DNA of 64,000 nt from Nitrospirota bacterium (GCA_963818475.1 CAWFSF010000001.1:32001-96000); one strand, 5' to 3'; positions 1 to 12,239 are shown, counted from the first letter of the stretch. The notes: generated by a model not told the origin, from the sequence alone. A program made the numbers and translations.

Positions 1-193
1 CGCCCCAGGAGGCGCCGCCCCCGGTGCCGCAGCTCGAATGCTCGCCGCCGGGAGACGAGAACTTGGAGAGCACTTTCTTCGCTTTTTTCTCGTTGCAATA
101 AGGACAGACCGTGTCCTCGGCCTTTGCGGTCATGGACTGCAGCAGCACGAAGTCCTTTCCGCACAGCTCACAGACGTATTCGTAGAACGGCAT
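1..193 (-). CDS. FmdB family zinc-ribbon protein (3' end runs off the window)
   Basis: Manual translation MPFYEYVCELCGKDF...VCPYCNEKKAKKVLSKFS; CxxC...CxxC; GGAG RBS upstream; not in the ORF track. Confidence 0.85.
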   Translation of the reverse strand, partial: MPFYEYVCELCGKDFVLLQSMTAKAEDTVCPYCNEKKAKKVLSKFSSPGGEHSSCGTGGGASWG

Positions 194-221
194 GGTGGAC
201 TCCTTCACTTTCCTGAAAAAA

Positions 222-447
222 CTAGCATTTGCAGCGCTCGCGTGCCCCGAAAGCGTAGAGTATAATACTCATCGGGCAGAAACCTGTCAAGGCAAAAATC
301 GTGAGCATGACGCCCACGAACCCTGAAAAATAGAACCATGCCGGGCTCACCGTGAAGCCCGAGCACCACACTGCCCGCAACGAACACCCCGGCAAGAAGC
401 CGGATCAGCCTTTCCAGATACCATGTCTTTGTGTCTGCGATGTACAT
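222..447 (-). CDS. DUF2892 (YgaP-like) small membrane protein, one indel
   Basis: MYIADTKTWYLERLIRLLAGVFV... continues in another frame as GFVGVMLTIFALTGFCPMSIIL; GFCP motif; AAGGAGG RBS. Confidence 0.8.
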
Positions 448-517
448 CGTTTCCCTCCTTGTTTCTCTAACCGGTTCAAACCGTCCAAGCGGTTTGATCT
501 CGTTCAAGCTGTTTCCT

Positions 518-953
518 TTATAGGCACACGAACGGCGCTTCGCGGTCTTTTTGCGCGAACCGGGCGTAATGCGGCGAGGTGTAGATGTCCATCAGCATGT
601 GTCGGGTGACCACGCCCGCGTATTTGCCGTTGTTCACGATGAGGACCACGGAGCAGCAGTTGTTGTTCAGCATCATCTGGATCAGCTCCTCGGGAGAGGT
701 GCTGATGTCCGCAACGAGCGGAGCCTTTACCATGAAGCGTCGTCGCGGTGACCTGCTCCAGATCGAGCGACTGACGGATCGCACCGAGGATGGCCTGCTC
801 GGTCGCGATTCCCAGCACTTCCTGCGGCTTCGTTCACGAACCGGGAGCGCTGCAACCCCGGAGGAGATCATCTTGAGCGCGATATCCTGCCCTGTGGTCG
901 TCCGGGCTTACGCTGATCTTCTCTTTCATGATGTGCCATGCCTGTATTGCCAT
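518..953 (-). CDS. CBS-domain protein (frameshifted)
   Basis: MAIQAWHIM..., MISSGVAALPV, GIATEQAIL, VNNGKYAGVVTRHMLM spread across frames. Confidence 0.7.
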
Positions 954-1006
954 TGTGCATTCCTTTCTTATTCCGCTCAAGCTTCCGCACTCCGCATTCG
1001 TTACTG

Positions 1007-1752
1007 TCACAGCCTCTCCCACTGGCTGGTATCGGGATTGAACGCCTCACCGAAGGCGGTGACCTCCTGCTCCAGACCGGTCTCGTACCCCTCGCTCAGA
1101 CCGAAGTTCACCAGCATCTTGATCGGCCCGCAGCGAGCTCAGGCTGTTGCCGGCGATCCTGTTGGCCAGCCGGCGAGCCTCTTCGTCCAGCGCATCAGCA
1201 GGCACGATCTTATTGACGAGGCCGATCCGCAGCGCTTCGTCGGCGTCCACGGTCCGGCCGGTGAAGAGAAGCTCCTTTGCCCGCCCCACGCCGATCGTCT
1301 TGTACAACCGCTGGGACGATCCGAAGATGGGCGGCACGCCGAACCGGGCTTCCGGGAACGAGAACACGCGCATCCGAGGATGCGATGCGTGATATCCGCG
1401 GCCAAGGGCGAGGCCCAGGCCCGCTCCGGTCGTCTCGCCCTTGACCGCGGCGATCACCGGGACCGGCAGGCTTTCGATATGCTTGAGCAGATTGTGACCC
1501 ACCTCTGCAACATGCCGAGCCTCGTCCCTGGTCATCTTGACGAACTTCGGTGTAATCGATGCCCGTCGAGAAGTTCCGGCCCTTGGCCGTGAGCAGGACG
1601 ACCCGCAGCTGAGACTGCTCAGCGTAGACCTCGCTCACGGTCCTGTTCAGCTGGGACAGCACCTCCCTGTCCAGCTTGTTGTCCGGCGGATTATCGATCG
1701 TGACCGTGCTGATCCAGTCCTTGCAGTCTATAGTTACGCAGGCGTTTGACAT
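1007..1752 (-). CDS. Enoyl-CoA hydratase/isomerase family protein (frameshifted)
   Basis: VTIDNPPDNKLD, GRNFSTGID, PVPVIAAVKGETTGAGLGLAL, FSFPEARFGVPP, AKELLFTGRTVDADEALRIGLVN. Confidence 0.85.
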
Positions 1753-1852
1753 TGTTCCTCCATTCGAATCGCAGCGATGCGATCATGCTAACCTCTCGCA
1801 CGAAGGGTCTGACAGGCGCTTCTTATTTTGCACTCTGCATTCGCATTCCGCA

Positions 1853-4800
1853 CTAGGCCTTCTCCCAGTGCCTCTTCTCTACCATATAGTAGAACAGCGG
1901 GATCACGATCAGGGTGAGCGCCGTCGATGCGAGCATGCCGAAGATGAGCGCCAGGGCCAGTCCGGACCAGACCGGGTCGGTCACGATCACGGCGGAGCCG
2001 AGAATGGCCGCAGCAGCGGTCAGCACGATGGGCCGGGTCCGGATCGCGCCTGCCTCGATCAGGGCCTGCTCGAGCGGCATCCCCTCCTGCTTCTTGTCCA
2101 GGATGAACTCGAGCAGCACGATCGAGTTCCTGACCACGATGCCGGCCAGGGCGATGACGCCGATCATCGAGGTGGCGCTGAAGTAGACCCCGGTCATGGC
2201 GAAGCCCGGGCATGATGCCGATCATCGAGAGCGGGATCGAGGCCATGATGATCAGCGGGATCGTGAAGGACCGGAAGCGGCCCACGAGCAGCAGGTAGAT
2301 CGCGATCAGGGCCACGCCCATGGCAGCGCCCAGGTCGCGGAACACGTCGAGGGTCAGCTTCATTTCGCCGTCCCACTTGATCCGGTAGCCCTCGGGCAGC
2401 GGCTGCTTCCGGAGATGTTTCATCATGTCCATCACCGCGTACACCTGGCTCCGCGCACCCATCTCGCCGTACACGTACGTGACCGGTTCGAGGTTCTTGT
2501 GATAGATCGCCTTGTCCATCTCGGACGGCACGATCCGTGATGAGCGAGGAGAGCGGCACCTGGCTGCCCTGCCGGCTCATGAGGTAGACCTTGTCCATGT
2601 CGGCAAGCCCCGTCCGCTGGCCCTTGGGCAGCCGCAGCATGATCGATACGGGGTTCTTCGCGTCGGGCCGGTGCAGGGTCGAGACCGCCATGCCGGCTAC
2701 GGACAGCCGGAGCGTCTGCACGATCTGCTCGGTCGAGACGCCGGCGAGGGCGGCCTTTTCCTTGTCCACGATCAGCTGGTACTTGTCCTGCTTCTCCTTC
2801 ACGCTGTCGTCGATGTCCACCACCTGGTCGGTCTTTGCGAAGAGTGCCTTGATGTCCTGAGCGATCCCGCGCTGTTTGTCGTAGTCGGGGCCGTAGATCT
2901 CGGCCACCACCGTCGCCCGTACCGGCGGTCCCGGCGGGTCCTCGACAAGCTTGATGTTCGCTCCGTACTCCTGCGCCATCCGTGTCGATATCCGGCCTGA
3001 TCTTGAGCACCAGCTTCTCGCTCGAGATGCGTCCGCTCCTCCTTGTCCACCAGGTTCACCCGGATGTCGGCAAAATGGCTTGCCTCGCGGAACGCGCCGC
3101 CCCGGAGCAGCCCGTTGAAGTCCATGACCGACCCGGTGCCCGACGAAGGTCTCGTAGTCCTTCACTTCCGGGATCCGGAGCAGGTAGTCGCCCACGGCGC
3201 GCGCCACCCGGTCCGTGTTCTCCATCACCGTGCCCGCGGGCATGTCGATGGATACGAGGAAGGTGTTCTTGTTCGCCTTGGGCAGCATCCGGAACTTGAC
3301 CCACTGGAACAGCGGGAAGCTCATGGTCACGAGAAAGACGACGGCGATGACCGCGAGGAAGAGCCTTGCGCTTGCCGGCGTTCGCGAGCAGCGGCCCCAG
3401 GACCTTCTTGTAGATCCGGTAGATCCTCGTCTCTTCCAGCGACGGACGGATTCCCGTCATGGTGTTCCGCCTTCATCAGGCGATAGCTCGCCCAGGGCGT
3501 CACGATGAACGCGACGAAGAGCGACGTGACCATGGCAACGGGCACGTTGAAGGGGATCGGCATCATATAGGGCCCCATCATGCCGGTCACGAAGGCCATG
3601 GGAATGAAGGCGAGCACCACCGTGAGCGTCGCGAGGATCGTGGGCATGCCGATCTCGTTCACGGCCAGGATCGCGCCCTGGAGCCGGGAATGCTGCTGCA
3701 GCTTGTAATGCCGGTGGATGTTCTCGACCACCACGATGGCGTCGTCCACCAGCAGGCCCGAGCGACAGGATCAGGGCGAACAGCGTGATCCGGTTGATCG
3801 TCTGGCCCGCCACCATGCCGATGCGCGAGGGTGATGAACAGCGTGAGCGGTATGGCGAGCGCCACGATCGCGGCCTCGCGCCAGCCCAGCGTCAGGAACA
3901 GCAGGATGATCACCACGATGATGGAGACCACGAGATGGAACACGAGTTCGTTCACCGCGTCGTTCGCGGTCTTGCCGTCGTTCCGGGTTACCGTCACCGT
4001 GATCCCCGACGGGAGCTGGGTCTTTCTGAGCTCCTCCACCTTGGCGAGGATCTCGTTCGACGATCTTGACGGCGTTCAGCTTCTGCCGCTTCGCAAGCGC
4101 AACGGTCACTGCAGGCTGCTCGGCGCTCTCGGCATCGGTCGTAGACGGCTTCCTTCGCGTGATGCTGCGGATTGAAGGCGATCCGGGTGAGTTTGACCGT
4201 CTCCTCGAACCCGTCGGTCACCTCGGCCACGTCGCCGAGGTACACCGGTTTTCCGTTCGCAACCCCGACGATGGCATTTTTCACATCGCTCGCCTTCTCG
4301 AAGAACCCTCCCGTCTCGAGCGCGAGTTTTTTGCTCCCCTGCTCGAGGTCGCCCGAAAGCAGGTTTGCGTTCGAAACGCGTGATGGCCTGCGAGATCTGG
4401 AGCGGCGACAAGCCGTACCCGGCTATCCGCTGCGGGTCCAGCGTCACCCGCACCTGGCGGCTCCTGCCGCCGATCACCAGGGAGTTGCCCACTCCCGGAA
4501 CCTTTCTGAGCTCGTCCAGCATGTGGTCGGCCACGAGCCTGAGCTGCGCGTCGTCGTAATTCGTTCCCGGTTTTCCCGACAGCGTGAGCGCCACGATCGG
4601 CACATCGTCCACGTCGATGGGCTTCACCAGCGGCTGTGACGCTCCGGGGGGCGCGAAGTCCATGTTGGACATGAGCTTGTCGTAGAGCTTTACGAAGGAG
4701 CGTTCCTTGTCCTGCCCCACGTAAGAACTTGACGGTCACGACCGCCAGGGAGTTCATGGAGACGGAGTAGACATCCTCCACGCCGGGAATCTCCCAGAGC

Positions 4801-5025
4801 TTCGCCTCGAGCCGCTTGGACACCAGCTCTTCCACTTCTTTGGCGCTCGCGCCCGGCAGCTGCACCATGACGTTCGCGGCCGGCACCGTGATCTGCGGGT
4901 TCTCCTCGCGCGGCGTGAACCAGAGCGCAAAGAGCCCGAGCGATGGCCGTTGCCGCCATCAGCAGCACCGTGAGCTGTGAGTTGATGAAGTATTCGGTTA
5001 TTTTTCCGCTGATATTCAGTTTCAT
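1853..5025 (-). CDS. RND efflux transporter permease subunit (AcrB/CusA superfamily), multiple indels
   Basis: [68 protein letters not shown]. Confidence 0.9.
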
Positions 5026-5141
5026 GTTCTACACTTTGAACAGTACTGCGATGCAGATGACGCAGGGTTACTGCGCAAAATAACGTACAAGCTTAAGTCG
5101 TGCATGTTATTCGCCTCCGCATTCCGTGTTCCAGCGCGTCG

Positions 5142-6244
5142 CTACTCGGAAGCTATACTTTGCGCAACAACGACCTTTCTGCCGTCGATCCTGCGCTCAT
5201 GCCTGCTCACGACCACCCGGTCCCCGGCCTTGAGGCCGGTGACCGCTTCGAGCTTATCTCCCTGGACATCGCCGAGCTGGACCATCTGGAACACGGCGTT
5301 CCCTTCGGCAGATACGATGTAGACGCCGGTCAGGCCGCCCATCTCCACGACCGCCGAGCGCGGCACCAGGATGGCTTCGCGCTTGCCCATGCTGAAGAAA
5401 GCCTTGCCGTACATGCCCGGTGATCAGGCCGTCGTCGCGCGGGAATATCGATCTTCACGATGAACGAATGGGTCCTGATATCCGAGGCCGGCACGACCTG
5501 CGCCACGCGGCCCTTGATCTCCTTGTCCGGCAGCGCATCGATCCTGACCGTCACGGCCTGGCCCGGCCGCACGAACCGGAGGTCCTGCTCCTTCACGGTC
5601 ACTTCGAGCCTGCAGATTCCGGTTGTCCTCGATCTTGAGAATCGGCTGGCCCGGAAGCGCCATTTCTCCGAGGTTGATCTTCTTTTCCACGATCTGTCCG
5701 GAGATCGGCGCCGTGATCGTCGTGTAGCTTTCCATGGCCTTTGCCGCGTTCAGACCCGCCTTGGCCGATTCGAGCCCGAGCGTTGCCTGGTCCATCTCCA
5801 TCTGCGTGGCTGCCTTTTCATCGAAGAGGGTCTTGATCCGGTCGAACTGGAGTTTGGCGTTGTTGTAGGCGGCCTGGGCCTGGTAGGCCTGGGCCGCTAT
5901 CTCGCCGCTCTCGATCTTCATCAGCAGTCTGCCCTGGCGCAACGTGGTCTCCTTCGTTCACGGTCAGCTCCACGACCCTGCCCATCACCTTGCTGGACAG
6001 CACCGAGGTGTTGCGCGAGCTGAGGGCGCCCGCAGCCGAGACCATGGCGTCGATCTTCCGGGGCTCGACCGTCATCGCCGATACGGGAGGCGACGCCTCT
6101 TCCTGTGCCGGTTCGGCTCCTGCCGTGACTTTCCCGAAGCTCATGGTGCCGATCCCGAGCAGCAACAGCAACTGCGATCAACGCTCCTGCTATCATCTTC
6201 ATATCCATCTGCATATCTTTTTCTTTTACGGTTTGAATGTTCAT
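5142..6244 (-). CDS. RND periplasmic adaptor (MFP), multiple indels
   Basis: SSKVMGRVVELTVNEGD, TITAPISGQIVEK, VPASDIRTHSFIVKID, ILVPRSAVVEMGGLTGVY. Confidence 0.85.
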
Positions 6245-6331
6245 ACTAGATCTCCTGTATCCAGAACGCAGGCTAAACCCGCTGAGCTGCCTATCTTTGT
6301 ACTGGTTCACTTCCGCACTCCGAACTTCGTA

Positions 6332-7698
6332 CTACAGATGTTCCCGTCGCCAGCTTCAGCTCTGCCAGGGCAAGGTTGTTGTCGTACACCGCCTGCAGCG
6401 CGTTCGTCCGCGCCCGGATCAGGGCGTTCTCGGCTCCCAGCACATCGACGAAGCGTTGTCATGCCCGTTTCGTATCGTTTCTGGATGATCCGCAGGCCTT
6501 CTTCCGCTTCCTGCACCGACGTATGCAGTGGCGGCGATCCGGTCGAGCGACGCCGCGGCCGTGTAATACGCCTGCCGCACCTGGAGCTGCACGCCCTCGC
6601 GGGTCTGCTCCTCCAGGGACTTCATCCGGCTGCTCTGGGCGACCGCCTCCTTGACCTTGGACCGGGTGACCAGTCCGTCGAAAAGGTTCCACTGCAGCAC
6701 GCCCATGACGCGCCCAGCTCTTGGCATCGTCTCCCGCCAGCCTTCGCGCTGTTCCAGTCCACCTGACCCATCAGGTTCAGGGTCGGCAGATAATCCGTCC
6801 TTGCCATGCGTCACCGACTTTTCCGCGTTCTTCCGGTTCAGCTCCATGGCTGCGAGGTCCGGCCTGTTTGCCTGCGCCTCGCCCAGCGACGCGCGGCAAG
6901 GTCTGTCTTGAGCTCCTGCGGGGCCAGGCCTCCTGCGACCTCGTACTCGTTCGCCTGGGGCACTCCCATGGCAAAGTTCAGACCTGCGGCCGCCGAGCAC
7001 GGACCGCGTTTTCCGACCGGGTGACCATCTCCCTCACTTCGGCATACTGGACCTTTGCCCGCAGCAGGTCGGACTGCAGGACCGCGCCGGCCTTGTACCG
7101 GGCTTCGGCCAGCTTGAGGTTCGCGCAGCTGGTCTCGAGGGATTGGAGCAGCCACCCGGTTGTGCGCCTTTGCCAGCAGCAGTCCGTAGTAGGCCTTTGA
7201 TCACGTTGAAGACCGTTTCCTGCCGGGACCGCTCACGCTGACTGATCGCGGCCTCGTGCCCCAGCTTTGCCTGAGCCCTGCCGATGTATTCCCTGCCTCC
7301 GTTGAACAAGGGGCTGCATGACCGAGAGCCGGGTGTTGTAGTTCGAGATCGGCTCCGGATGGTTCATGACCCGGGGATCGAAATCTGAGGGGCCCACGAT
7401 CTCCTGGTTCAATTTCGTTCCCAGCACCATCAGGGGATTGTCGGTCTTGCTCCAGGTCTCCGACAGGTTCACTTTGGGCAGGAAGCCTGAGGCGGACCGA
7501 AGCGCGCTCGCATCGGCGGCCTCGACCTGGGCGTCTGCGGCCTTGAGGCCGGGATTGCTGCGCGAGGGCCAGGGCCACGGCTTGTTCAAGCGTCAAGGTC
7601 TCTGCTGCGTAACTGTAGGATAGCGACCAGCGAGCGTCGAGCAGCACGATCAGCAGTCACGATCGCCGCCGATGATGAGCTCTTTTGCACCGCCTCAT
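6332..7698 (-). CDS. TolC family outer membrane efflux protein, multiple indels
   Basis: AETLTLEQAVALAL, SGFLPKVNLS, ARTDYLPTLNL, GVLQWNLFDG, AEEGLRIIQKRYETG. Confidence 0.85.
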
Positions 7699-7700
7699 GT

Positions 7701-8036
7701 TCACACCCTTGACAGTGCAGCATACCCGGACATGTTCCATAGCATGATCCCGCCTTCGAGATTCTTGACCGATAACCCTGCTGAGCAAGAAATGCGCATG
7801 CATAAGCGCTTCGATTTCCGACCCTGCAATAGACCACGATCTCCTTGTCGCGCGGCAGTTCCTGCAGCCGGTGCCCCAGATCCTGGACCGGAATAAGGTG
7901 GGAATTATCAATGGCCCCTGCAGCGTTCTCCTGAGGTGTCCGCACGTCGAGCAGGAGGAAATCGTTCCCGGACTGCACCATGCGCTCAAGATCCGTCGGT
8001 CCGATGTTCTGGCATCTGTAATGTATTGAAGAACAT
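7701..8036 (-). CDS. Single-domain rhodanese / sulfurtransferase
   Basis: FLLLDVRTPQE, KEIVVYCRVGNRS active-site loop, C-terminal NLEGGIMLW in the adjacent frame; AAGGAGG RBS. Confidence 0.85.
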
Positions 8037-8148
8037 AGCTTGCCTCCTTGCTAGGAAAAGCAGGAACAATGGACACCGCCAGGGGAACCTCCCGGGGAGG
8101 AGGAAGGGGGAATGACAGTGCCCATTGTTCACGCTGTCCTGCATCTAC

Positions 8149-8164
8149 TTCAATTACCGTGCCA
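8149..8164 (-). promoter_or_regulatory. sigma54-like -24/-12 promoter of the rhodanese-RND operon
   Basis: Minus strand TGGCACGGTAATTGAA versus consensus TGGCAC-N5-TTGCW (GA instead of GC at -12). Confidence 0.55.
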
Positions 8165-8219
8165 ATGCTAAACGCCTTGTTTCTGCTGATGGTACGGAAA
8201 TTTATTTGTACATCACTGC

Positions 8220-8342
8220 GGAAATTTTTGTCGAGCAGAACGAGCGGTCATAAACAATGTTGTCGTTTTATTCAGTGTTTTCAGGCGATTTAGCGTTCGA
8301 CATTTTTGTCTCGTCGCTGCAATGGAAACGACACTTTTGTTG
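8220..8342. promoter_or_regulatory. Four copies of a 14-bp palindrome (consensus CGACA-N4-TGTCG), probable activator sites
   Basis: ggaaatttttgtcg (8220), aaacaatgttgtcg (8252), cgacatttttgtct (8298), cgacacttttgttg (8329). Confidence 0.55.
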
Positions 8343-8404
8343 ACATCCTTTAGTCGGCTGTGTTATTGTTCGGTGTACGAAAAAGGGCGCAGAAGGAGGG
8401 AAAT

Positions 8405-8871
8405 ATGAAAAAACTTCTTGTCATTTCATTTGCAGCAGCATTGCTTTGCTCTCGGGGTCCAGTTCGCCACCGCCCAAGAGGAACTCTTTGATACAAAGGC
8501 AGCTGGAGAATATCTGGAAAAGGGACTTGTCCAACTGCGGACCAAGCACGTTGAGGCTGCCATCGACGCGCTCGAGGAATCCGTCGCGATAGCGCCGGAG
8601 GCGGAGGCCTATTATTATCTGGGTTATGCCTACTACCTGAAGGGCAGATCCGGAGACACCGAAAGCGGAAAGCTCTCTATCGAAAGCTTCGAGAAGGCTT
8701 ATGAACTCGACCCGGCATTCACACCGAACACAAATTCAAGCCGGCCGAGGCGGCCATTCCCGCCGAAAAAGGCGGAGCCCGAGCCTAGGCACCGCCCGCA
8801 GAACAAGCTCTGGTCGAGGCAAAAGGATCTGCACCCAGCGAGCAGCAGATAGCTCAACACCAAAAACCGTA
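8405..8871 (+). CDS. Exported TPR protein with Pro/Ala/Gln-rich tail (frameshifted; end approximate)
   Basis: GGAGG RBS, MKKLLV signal peptide, AEAYYYLGYAYYLKG, FEKAYELDP. Confidence 0.7.
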
Positions 8872-9072
8872 ATCCAGCCTGTCCCTCACGCTTGAAAAAT
8901 ACCATATACCCGGCGGCTGTCCCGCCGGCTCGCCGGCATTTCTATCTCGTTCTATGCTCTTTTCTTTCCTCTCTTTAGTATCACCGTCTTTTCGCTCAAT
9001 TGACTGCTCCTTTCAGTTGTGCTATGAAAGGTATAGCGACTTTTAGCATACTTATCACAGGAGTGCAGCCGT

Positions 9073-10432
9073 ATGACTCAAATTTTGCATCATTGCGGTT
9101 CAAGATTTCATTTTTCATCATAATCTTGCTCGTTGTAACAGCGCCTCCTGTTCACTGTCCTGAGCGATGCAGGCAATGAACCGGCAGATCATGAACGAGA
9201 TCGATCAAAAGGGCCGAGACGGTGGGCAAGAGCATGGCTTCCTCGGCTGCTTACAGCATGCTCGACGGGGATCTGTCTGGCACTGGACAAGCTCGGCTGG
9301 AAGGTCAAGGAGTCGAACAGCGACATCGTGTATGCCGCAGTAACGGACACCGCGATGAGAGTTGCTCACCCATACGGAGCTGAACCAGGCGGGAACCGTT
9401 CTGAACTATCGCGTCCGCGGAACCAGCCGTCAAGGACAAACGCCGGACGCGGATCTACCGGATACGCGACGATAGACGGCCTCCTTCGAGGTCCTGGTTC
9501 CCATGTTCTTCAACAGGAAACAGATCGGAAACATCATCGTGAAGGTCGATCGCTACCGCTATGCTCCATGCCCGTTCCGAAACCTGAAGCAGATCGTCAT
9601 CGGCCTGGTCATTGTCGTGCTGCTTGGCATCGGCTGCGTTCTCGTCCTCTCCTCTCTCATCACCAAGCCGATCAAGGAGCTGGCCACGAGGCGTCGACGA
9701 GCTCAAGCTCGGCATCCGGCCGAAACTTAAGGTCTAATCCCGGGACGAAATCGGCAGGCTGACTGCCAGCTTCAACCATATGAGCGAGCTGACGACAAGA
9801 CAGCAGGACCGCCTTCGCAGCTACGCCCATCAGCTCGAAGATTCCTATCTTTCCACGGTCAAAGTACTGACGGCAGCCATCGATGCCCGAGACCCGTATA
9901 CCCTCGGCCATTCCACGCGGGTGGCAAAACTTGCAACTCAGGATCGGAGAGGCTGTCGGCCTCTCACGACAGGAACTGGAGGACCTTGAGATAGCGAGTC
10001 TCTTCCACGATGTGGGCAAACTCAAGACGCCGGACTATGTTCTCTTGAAGGACGGACCCCTGGATGACGACGAGCACCGGCAGATCGTGAGCCATTGCGA
10101 GCATGGCGCCGCCATCCTGAGCAGGGCGGCTTCCCTGCACAAGTACATCCCCGCTGTCAGGCATCATCATGAATGGTTCAACGGCGAGGGATATCCGGAC
10201 GGACTGCGGGGCGACGACATTCCTCTTCATGCCTCGATCATTGCAGTTGCCGATGCATTTGACGCCATGACCTCGGTGCGGCCCTACAAACAGTCCTTCA
10301 GCCGGGAAGATGCGCTCCTCGAACTCGTCTCGCTTCTCGGGCAGGCAGTTCAACCCCTGGCTGGTAGACGTATTCCAGACAGCGCTGGAAGCAGATCCGC
10401 TGCTCGCGGAGCAGTTTTCCGGGAGAGGCTAG
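9073..10432 (+). CDS. Membrane HAMP + HD-GYP c-di-GMP phosphodiesterase (frameshifted)
   Basis: AIDARDPYTLGHSTRVA, LFHDVGK, RHHHEWFNGEGYPDGL, IAVADAFDAMTSVRPY. Confidence 0.85.
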
Positions 10433-10439
10433 GAACCAA

Positions 10440-10995
10440 ATGTTCCTGCTTCGCTTCAGTTCCCCTTTGTCCTCTCGCTCTCGTTGTGCGTCATTACGCT
10501 GGCTGCATGTGTGTCTGCACCTTCCCGTCCTGATTCACGGTCCATCACCGAAGAAAGCCGGGGTCTTCTCGCTGGCAATGCCCACGTTGATGCGCTCGCC
10601 CTGTTCGATGACGAACTACCCGGCAGTCCGGGAAGGCGAGCTCCTTGAGGCCTTCCGGGAAACCGTGCGCGCATGCCAAAATCGCCGCCGACCAGGCGCT
10701 TCAGCGGATGGACTTTGCCAGGGCAGGAGCTCTTTATCGTGCTCTTCAGGAGAGTGCGTTTTCAGGGAAACGGGAGGTCAGCTTTGGATGGAGCCGCATG
10801 GGTTGGAAAAACAGATCAGGGAATGCTCGAGGGTCCTGACGGAGCGGGGACTTAGAAAAATACCGCGGGGAAAACCTGGGAGACGGCATCGCGCTGTGGG
10901 GAAAGGTCCTTCTCTTTGATCCGAACAACCGTGCGGTGTTGAAGGCGATCGACACCGCAAGCAGGCAACGGAAGCGGCTCCAGACCATCAACTGA
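10440..10995 (+). CDS. Putative lipoprotein with TPR-like C-terminus (frameshifted)
   Basis: Lipobox-like LAGC; GLEKYRGENLGDGIALWGKVLLFDPNN. Confidence 0.5.
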
Positions 10996-11005
10996 GGCAG
11001 CCGTC

Positions 11006-11729
11006 CTAGAACGTCCCGTTCAGATAGTTTTATCCTTTATTTTTCGGGCAGGCGTTCGATGGCATAACGCAACATGGTTCGCGGCATCGACCTGTAATGG
11101 CGCATGAGAAATGCCTCCTCGGCCTGCATGTCCTTTTTACCTGCCTCCCGCAACATCCACCCGACCGCCTTATGGATAAGATCGTGTTCGTCGTCCAGCA
11201 GAATCGCCGCTATCTTGAACGTCGCGCTTACATCGTTTGCCCTTATGAAGAACAGGGTGGCTACTATGGCTATGCGCCGTTCCCACAGCACCTTTGATCC
11301 GGCCAATGCATAGAGCGGCAGGCGCGACCTTTCCGCGAGATGGGCACCGACGATGTTAGGCGCGGACAGGTCCACGAGATCCCAGTTATTGACAAAGCGG
11401 GTATTCTTCAGGTAGTGCTCGTAAATTCTGCTCTTCATCGCGCGGTCGCCCCTGGTAAAACGGCTGATGAGCAGAAACAGCGCAAGCAGCCTCTCCTCAT
11501 GGATGGGCGATCGCAGCAGCCGGAGCGCGTCGGTCACCCCGGTTTCCCTGCACTCCTTTGCCAGCTTCCTCAGGATCGGAACCGTTACTCCGAGGAAGAT
11601 ATCGCCTTCACCATACTCGCCCGGTCCCGTCTTAAAAAAGCCTCTCAGGACTTTCGCCTTTTCCTTGTTCGCCAGCGCTGCCAGTCTTTCCCGGACCCGC
11701 TCCGCGTCCATACCAGCCACCTTAATCAT
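11006..11729 (-). CDS. alkD: DNA alkylation repair protein (AlkD family)
   Basis: FFKTGPGEYGEGDIFLGVTVP, VNNWDLVD, WERRIAIV, DLIHKAVGWMLRE, MPRTMLRYAIE; ORF stops at 11037 but a NYLNGTF* tail in another frame suggests the true end is about 11006. Confidence 0.88.
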
Positions 11730-12090
11730 TCAATCCAACGGCAAAGTCTTCTATTTTTTCCAGAACGAAGGAGCGCACGGCAGGATCGATTCCTACACTC
11801 CGTTTCATGAAGCTATCTGCGATAACGGCTACCGGGCATTTGCCGTCAGGGACAAGGATAGGTGACTGGTTTTTTTCGGGGCTCCCTTCCCCATCGTCGA
11901 TCCTTTCGTGGCTGAATCCCCTGTCTGCGAACCACGTCACCGCACGTTCATTCCCCCGCTTGTCGTAGCACAACTGGAACCCCTTGACGCTGTCGTTCTC
12001 GATCCAAACGATGAGATCGAAATAATCATCGGAGAACCATCTTCGGTTCTCTTTGTCCGGATATGTTCTCGCTGTAAGTTCGTTCAGCAT
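11722..12090 (-). CDS. Hypothetical protein
   Basis: RRWFSDDYFDLIVW, GFQLCYDK, IDDGE, PILVPDG; intact ORF overlapping the alkD start. Confidence 0.7.
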   Translation of the reverse strand: MLNELTARTYPDKENRRWFSDDYFDLIVWIENDSVKGFQLCYDKRGNERAVTWFADRGFSHERIDDGEGSPEKNQSPILVPDGKCPVAVIADSFMKRSVGIDPAVRSFVLEKIEDFAVGLND

Positions 12091-12239
12091 AAGGGTCCGC
12101 CTGGTGATTGCTCCAACTATCGGGAATATAGCACAGGAATTGCCGGTTTTTAAAGTCATTTCTTTGGCAGGAAGCTGGGGAAGATCGCCCTTGTGTGGAA
12201 TGCCGGGGTCAGGCCTGCGCCTGATCCCCGAAGTTATCA

